64,000 nucleotides of DNA. Source: Naegleria gruberi (taxonomy: Eukaryota). Where the stretch lies: assembly GCA_000004985.1 (NCBI GenBank), contig GG738898.1; one strand, given 5' to 3'. The notes under the pieces were generated by a model, which saw only the letters and a program-made list of their open reading frames with translations, had not been told where the DNA came from and made no database searches. Positions 58,387 through 64,000 of this stretch are shown here, piece after piece. A program made the translations under genes and the position numbers. Every line of letters starts with the position of its first letter. Position 1 is the stretch's first letter.

Positions 58387-58935
58387 ATGGACTTTTTCAA
58401 AAAGATTGGTCAATTCTTCTCTGGATGGCTCAAAGGTTTATTCGAAAATAAGGAAGCCAAGATTCTATTCCTTGGTTTGGATGCAGCTGGTAAAACTTCA
58501 GCTCTATATAAGATTCAATTAGATGAAAATGTCAGCACCATTCCAACTATTGGTTTCAATGCTGAAGTTATACAATATAAGAAGGTTACTTTCAGAGTGT
58601 TTGATATTGGTGGTCAGGATAAGATTAGAAAGTTATGGAGACACTATTATCAATCGACGAATGCTATCATTTTCATTGTCGATTCTAATGATACTGAGAG
58701 ATTTAAAGAAGCTGCTGAAACCTTACGGGAAGTTATGCAAGATGATCTGTTGAAAGATGCCAAGTTATTGGTGTGGGCTAATAAGCAAGATTTACCAAGA
58801 GCTGCCAATGTTAAAGACATGGTCAATACTTTGAAATTACACGAGATCAAGCAAGAATGGTACATCCAACCATGTAGTGCCCTGTCTGGAAATGGATTAT
58901 TCGAAGGTTTAGATTGGTTATCCAGTAAATTGTAA
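58387..58935 (+). CDS. ARF-family small GTPase (ARF/ARL), 182 aa
   Basis: It has ARF signatures. The N-terminal amphipathic helix is [15 protein letters not shown]1 is GLDAAGKTS. Then …TIPTIGFN… and G3 [17 protein letters not shown]4 is ANKQDL and G5 is CSA. Single exon, TAA stop. Confidence 0.8.
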   Translation: MDFFKKIGQFFSGWLKGLFENKEAKILFLGLDAAGKTSALYKIQLDENVSTIPTIGFNAEVIQYKKVTFRVFDIGGQDKIRKLWRHYYQSTNAIIFIVDSNDTERFKEAAETLREVMQDDLLKDAKLLVWANKQDLPRAANVKDMVNTLKLHEIKQEWYIQPCSALSGNGLFEGLDWLSSKL

Positions 58936-58975
58936 ATATCACAATGAATAAAATCATGTCCAATGGAGACACTAT

Positions 58976-59560
58976 TCAAATATCTTCTTTTTCGTCAAGT
59001 AATTCGTGAATTCGAGATCCATCTGTTGACTCACCAACACTCTTATAAACTCCTTCTTTCTTGAGATGATAATACACAAGGCAATTACAACTCCAATAAT
59101 CCACCAGTGAGAGATCCAACGGTTGCTGCATCCAAATTCCAATAATTGAATTTACTGCCAGTTGTTGAAACTTTTGGAACAATGCAATCAGAAAGTGTTG
59201 GCGTAATACGCACGGCACCAGTTCCTTTCGAATAGATAGCATCAACCAGAATGTATATTCATTGGGGCTTCTGATGGATTCACACTGGTTTTTGTTGAGG
59301 TTCCATCCATAAAGAAGTCAAATCCAGAGAATGTTGGTATTGTATTCATTCCAATAAACATCTGGATCAAATGCTGAACGAATGAACAGAATAATCTTTG
59401 CTCTTGAAGGTGAATGACGCATGAAGAACACATCTATTGGAATTGTTTTGTCTAAATTCCACAATAGAATTGTCAATGCTATTTTCAAGAATGGGATTTG
59501 GTTGCCTCTCATAAAGATTGAAAAGATAGTTTCGTTTTGGGGAAGTGGACAAATAATTTA
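58976..59560 (-). pseudogene. Fragmented ORF for a probable single-pass membrane protein; four consecutive frame segments (3 frame changes) within about 600 bp
   Basis: Minus-strand segments are MRGNQIPFLKIALTILLWNLDKTIPIDVFFMRHSPSRAKIILFIRSAFDPDVYWNEYNTNIL, then …GMNTIPTFSGFDFFMDGTSTKTSVNPSEAPMNIHSG, then …VDAIYSKGTGAVRITPTLSDCIVPKVSTTGSKFNYWNLDAATVGSLTGGLLEL, then …IIGVVIALCIIISRKKEFIRVLVSQQMDLEFTNYLTKKKIFE (TM helix plus short tail). No GT-AG introns reconcile the frames. Confidence 0.3.
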
Positions 59561-60105
59561 GCCATCTTCATCCAACACGAATAATCTGAATGTAGGATTT
59601 AAATTCATTAATGGAGGAGGGTTTCCAGTCAGGTTAATCTTCAACTCATTTGCTCAATGAAAGGAAGATGATATTATGCCAAAATATTGTACAGTTTGGC
59701 TCTGCTCCAGGATTCTCATCTTCATACACAGCTTTGTAGTTCGACAATATTAATTATGCACTTGTTTCATCAGCTTAAATACTATCCAGTCAAAATTTGA
59801 TGTAGATAAATGAAGGAGTTTTTTAAAGTGGAAAGTTGACAATGTTTGAAAATGAAACTCTTCCACACATTACTCAATATTTTAAATACAACGAGTGTAT
59901 TCTTTCATCAGATACATGTAAGAAAGAAATTGTAAACCCAATTGAACTGCAAGCTCTTCAATTATTGTAAAGTTTACAATAAAAAAAACTCAGCTCGTCC
60001 TTAAAAGTCCGCACGAGCCAAAAAACATTCGCACAAACATAAATTCCCATAAAAGAAACCACATGCCACGTATTCGAAAAATCAAAAACAAAACACAAAA
60101 AAAAA

Positions 60106-60992
60106 ATGTCCACTACTACTATTACTACTACTTCTAAAACTACATCCCGTGTCTGGCTTATTGTTGGTACTTCCACAGGTTTCGGAAGAGAATTTGTCAA
60201 GTCTGTCCTTCATAGAGGTGAAAAGGTTATAGCCACAGCTCGTTCCTTGGACAAGATTCAAGATTTGAAGGAATTGNGTGCTCATACTATGCAACTTGAT
60301 GTTACCTCCGATCAAGGTACATTAAATTTGTTTGCTGAGCAGGCAATTGGAGTGTATGGTCATGTTGATATTCTCATCAATAATGCTGCCTATGTTTTGA
60401 ATGGGACTATTGAGGAGACATGAGGAGATCAACACTTGTTTAATACCAATGTTTTTGGATTGTTGAATACGACACGTGCTATTCTTCCACATTTTCGTGA
60501 AAGAAAGAGTGGAATTATTGTAAATATTCATCCATTGGTGGAATAGCTAGTGTTAAAGTTGGTGGATTGTATTGTGCTACTAAATTTGCTGTGGAAGCAA
60601 TTTCTGAAGCACTCAAAGATGAAGTTGCTCATTTGGGAATTAAGGTTGTCGTTGTTGAACCAGGTTACTTTAGAACTGATTTGCTTTCGTCTAGTAATAT
60701 GAAGGATGCTAAAAAAACTATTTCAGATTATGAACCAATTTACAAGGAAGTTGATTTCCATGCTGTTAATCACAAGCAAAGAGGTGATCCTGTAAAGTTA
60801 TCCGAAAGACTCGTTGATGTTTTGACCCAGAGTGGAGTTGCTGCTGGAAGAGAAATTCCATTCAGAATTCCATTTGGTGTTGATGCTTATCCATTCATTG
60901 AAGGTAAATGTCAAACTGTTTTGAAGGAAATGAAGGAATGGGAAGATGTCATTAAGAGTACTGATCATGATGATGTCACTCCTCAACAATAA
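60106..60992 (+). CDS. SDR-family oxidoreductase, second copy, with an in-frame TGA at 60421-60423 and a 1-nt frameshift near 60526-60530
   Basis: The Rossmann motif is LIVGTSTGFGREF. Then …NNAAYVLNGTIEET-TGA-GDQHLFNTNVFGLLNTTRAILPHFRERKSGIIVNI. After restoring one t (att(t)catcc) it continues SSIGGIASVKVGGLYCATKFAVEAISEALKDEVAHLGIKVVVVEPGYFRTDL…. That gives the active-site Tyr-x3-Lys (YCATK). One ambiguous base (n) lies at 60277. TAA stop at 60990-60992. Confidence 0.6.
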
Positions 60993-61079
60993 TTGTAAAA
61001 TATTTAACATTTCTAAAATAAAGAGTTGTAGATTCAGCTCTAAATGTTCAAGAAATTGATATAAAGATATATATTTAAG

Positions 61080-63591
61080 TTACAATTTAAAGATTGGCTC
61101 ACCAGGTTTCAAATAACTGGTAAAATGAGAGCCCACCACTGTGTGATAATTCATGAAATTGAGTGATTTCTCTTCGTGTTGTGAATGAGATTTTGTAAGC
61201 AAGTGCTCCAATCTTTCAACTACCTTATCTTCTACACCTGATGATTTATGACTGGAAAGATGGGACAGAATATTATCAACTTGCTCTTGATTGATTCCGT
61301 TTTCTGTTTCGAATATTTGACAAAAATCTGCATTGAATTCGTCCATCTTGGAATTTGCCTTCTTTTGCTCCAATTCGTATAACCATTCATCATCTTGAAC
61401 TTGAGAACGTTTCAACAATTGATAAACAGAGTGAATATGATGATTCTCTGCAAAAATTCTTTCCACTGGTCTGAAAATGAACGATTGTTTCGTAAACTTG
61501 TAAGATGACCAATCACAAACTATTGGAATATCCAAAAAGTTTGAAAATTCATTCAATTCCTTTGCTCTATTTATAACTGAACCAATCATGGCAAAGAAAC
61601 GCATCTGCTTACTTCCCACATTACCCATAATTCCATTTCCTGATGCACCCGATGCGCACATCTTAATTTTCGGTTGGTTATCCTTACTCAATGTTTCGTT
61701 CAAAGAGTTCAGTAAGGTAAGGATCTTGAGGGAAGTTTCCAAAGCAGCTGCTTGAGGATTCTTATCGGTAAAGGTAATAACATATTCATTGTAACTCTTG
61801 ATTTGAAGATCTGCCTTTGAGGTCTTACAGATTGTTGAAATGGAGGTCAATGCTTTGGAAATTAAATTCGAAAGCATACCAGATTCGAATTCATAGGAAT
61901 CTTCATTGAGGTTTGGAACTGTCAAGTAGATAATTGCACATTCCTTCATGGAGAGACCAAGTTTGAATAGATTGTTGGCAATATTTTCCTTCTTGGAAAT
62001 TTTCGAATGGTTTCCACTGCTATGGGACATGTGACTCCTCGATTCCTTTCTTGAGTGGAACGACTCATAAGCATTGTGATGATTGTTATCTTGCTTGTCA
62101 TCTTCAGTTTCAAGCTTGGTCATTTCCAATTGATTCAAAACCGAATCTGGAATAAATGCTCTAATTTCACCCAACCATCTCACAGTTTCAGTTAAACTTG
62201 AATAGATTGCATTGGCTTCCGTGAATATCGAAGATCTTGGTTTGATATTCGCCAAATCCAAAATCTCAATCTTTTTGAAATCTTGTTGTAATTTGATAAA
62301 TGGACTTGCAACTGACCACCCAATAAGAATACTCATTATTACACCAAGTAAACAAACTCCTATAGAAACTCCTATAATAACATAACTACTCATAATAATA
62401 CCATTCTTTACCTCTCTTTCATCAAAAACTAAGGTCATTCTCCATTTTAGGTTAAAAAATATATATGGTGATGAAGAAACCAAGAAACTTTCACCTGCAT
62501 CATTGGTTAATGTTAGTCTAATATCTGTAGTTTCGTTTAAATTGTTATCTTTCTGATGTTGCAAGAGTTTGGTCATGAGTGTTCCAGCTCCTCTTGTGGT
62601 CACATTGGTTGCCTTCATTCTCTTCAAAACAATGTCGGGAATTGTGAGAGAACTACCAATGATATAGTCATTTCCATATTCTGATAGGATGACATATCCC
62701 TTTTCTAGAACTTTGATTGCTGACAAGAATTGAGCAATGGCATCGAGTGAGATGTTGATTTTGGCAAATCCAATTCTATTCTTCTTTCCTGAAGGTAATT
62801 CGGTTCTATTGTAAATTGGGGTTGACCAATAGGTTGATTGAGGTCCATTAATTACTATATTAACAATTTCATTACAATAAAATATTCGAAACTAAACACT
62901 TACCCTTATAAGGAGCTCCAAATGCACCATCTGGATACATCTTCATCAACTCTATAGATTCCAAATAATAATCAGTCTTACCAACAGCATAGGTAATATT
63001 TGTCGAATAAGAATTCGGATTATATAAACCAGTTGTCATATTCGCAGCATACACCACAAAATTTCCTTTTTGTCTCTTCATAGCCAAAGCTAAAGATTTA
63101 GTCTTTACATCTGCTGAAAATGCATAGAGTGCATTATTACCTTGCTCTCCCAAGCAAAAATTTGTAACTGTCACGCCAAATGTCTTAATTCTTTGATAGA
63201 GATAGGTCAATACAGTATCAGCAAAGTCAATGTGATAATTATGATAATCATCTGCTAAACTATCTGCAATGTATTTGGCGGGAATTAATTGACCATTCAT
63301 GAAAGCTTGGATTTTCTCATTCATGTTTGTGATTAAAACGTCAACTTGTTCGAGAGCTGCTGCTTCGTTCATGGTGTAGGCAGCTGACCAAATTGGGATG
63401 GCTGTCATGAGGACAATTAGGACAATGGCAATGATGAGGAATAGTCTGATACTTAGAATAAACTTTAGAAGAAAGTTTCTATTCGAATTGGCTGGTTTGG
63501 CAAAGAGTTCTGCATTAGAATCAGTTTCGTCTTGAAGAATGTCTAGAGATTGACGAGGAGGTTGCTTTTCTTCTGGTGCTATCTTTGTCAT
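61080..63591 (-). CDS. Receptor-type class III nucleotidyl cyclase homolog (TM – extracellular sensor domain – TM – cyclase homology domain), 2 exons; catalytic-site residues degenerate
   Basis: Exon 1 63591..62904 (MTKIAPEEK…, signal-anchor TM LLKFILSIRLFLIIAIVLIVLMTAIPIW, then extracellular domain). 49-nt intron GTAAGT…ATATAG at 62855..62903. Exon 2 62854..61080, with a second TM IIGVSIGVCLLGVIMSILIGW. Then the cyclase homology domain …ECAIIYLTVPNLNEDSYEF…IKMCASGASGNGIMGNVGSKQMRFFAMIGSVINRAKEL… (canonical …FADIVGFT…IGIHTGPVVAGVVG.K.PRYCLFGDTVNTASRMES…). Both metal-binding Asp positions and the GDTVN Asp are substituted. TAA stop. Confidence 0.6.
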
Positions 63592-64000
63592 TCTATTAAG
63601 TATTCTAAAGGACAGCTATTAGAAAGTTGTTTTTTTTGGTTTAGTTTTTAACGTGTTCATCTGAAAACATCAACTCATTTGAAGGATAAGATGCAACATC
63701 ATGCATCATCGTAATCTCCCAAGAATCAATCAGTTTAGTTCAGTTTCTTATTAATCAATATTGAAATCCAATAATATTGAAATGTCGGTTTGTCCCTGTT
63801 TTGGTTGATAAGTATTCAAAGCCTTTCAAAAGTTGTAAAATCTCTAAACAATTCAAGGAATGGGCTTTGTTAAGTTTATTCAATGTTTCGACTCTAGACA
63901 AAAGCAGGCATACCAAGACCATGTATGGATCACGATTTTTCTTTAAGCACCTTCATTCCTTATAAGTTAACTCGTACTTCTTGCAATATCTCACTACATA

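Noticed and set aside
60421-60423. TGA reassigned as a sense codon (Trp/Cys) in this organism
   Set aside because: There is only one in-frame TGA in a conserved gene. TGG is used normally for Trp throughout. The other TGA-terminated ORFs are explained by frameshifts. The evidence is insufficient, so it is treated as a point error pending data.

Overview
This is eukaryotic nuclear DNA, not prokaryotic. It is AT-rich (roughly 65% AT) and gene-dense, with about 40 protein-coding genes in 64 kb on both strands. Introns are short spliceosomal GT-AG introns of 49-252 nt. Donors are mostly GTAAGT, GTGAGT, GTAGGT or GTATGT, and acceptors are YAG. Every stop codon I could verify at a credible gene end is TAA (most) or TAG; none is TGA. 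The six-frame track labels TTG and GTG starts as M, so several track ORF starts are artefacts, and I reassigned starts to the first plausible ATG. The contig is a draft: it has one 4.2 kb N gap, three 50-nt N gaps, one ambiguous base, and at least eight genes interrupted by small indels, some of them single-base deletions in short homopolymers. The gene set is housekeeping plus signalling: UBA5, ubiquitin-S27a, TFIIA large subunit, IleRS, an actin paralog, an ARF GTPase, an EF1A-family GTPase, a membrane hybrid histidine kinase, a receptor-type class III cyclase, NEK-like and other kinases, a RhoGAP, a C2 protein, F-box proteins, a tandem ADF-H protein, START and Bet v1-like proteins, two SDRs, an ABCB half-transporter, and an archaeal-type phosphoglycerate mutase. 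There are two intron-less tRNA genes (Pro-UGG, Ala-AGC) and a small 5S rRNA tandem cluster with truncated copies. The most interesting signal is a pair of divergent paralogs of an Rnl2-family ATP-dependent RNA ligase, including the Rnl2-type C-terminal domain. Histidine kinases, receptor cyclases, many kinases and short rare introns suggest a free-living protist (heterolobosean- or amoebozoan-like), but the window cannot establish that. I saw no CRISPR arrays, transposases or other mobile elements.
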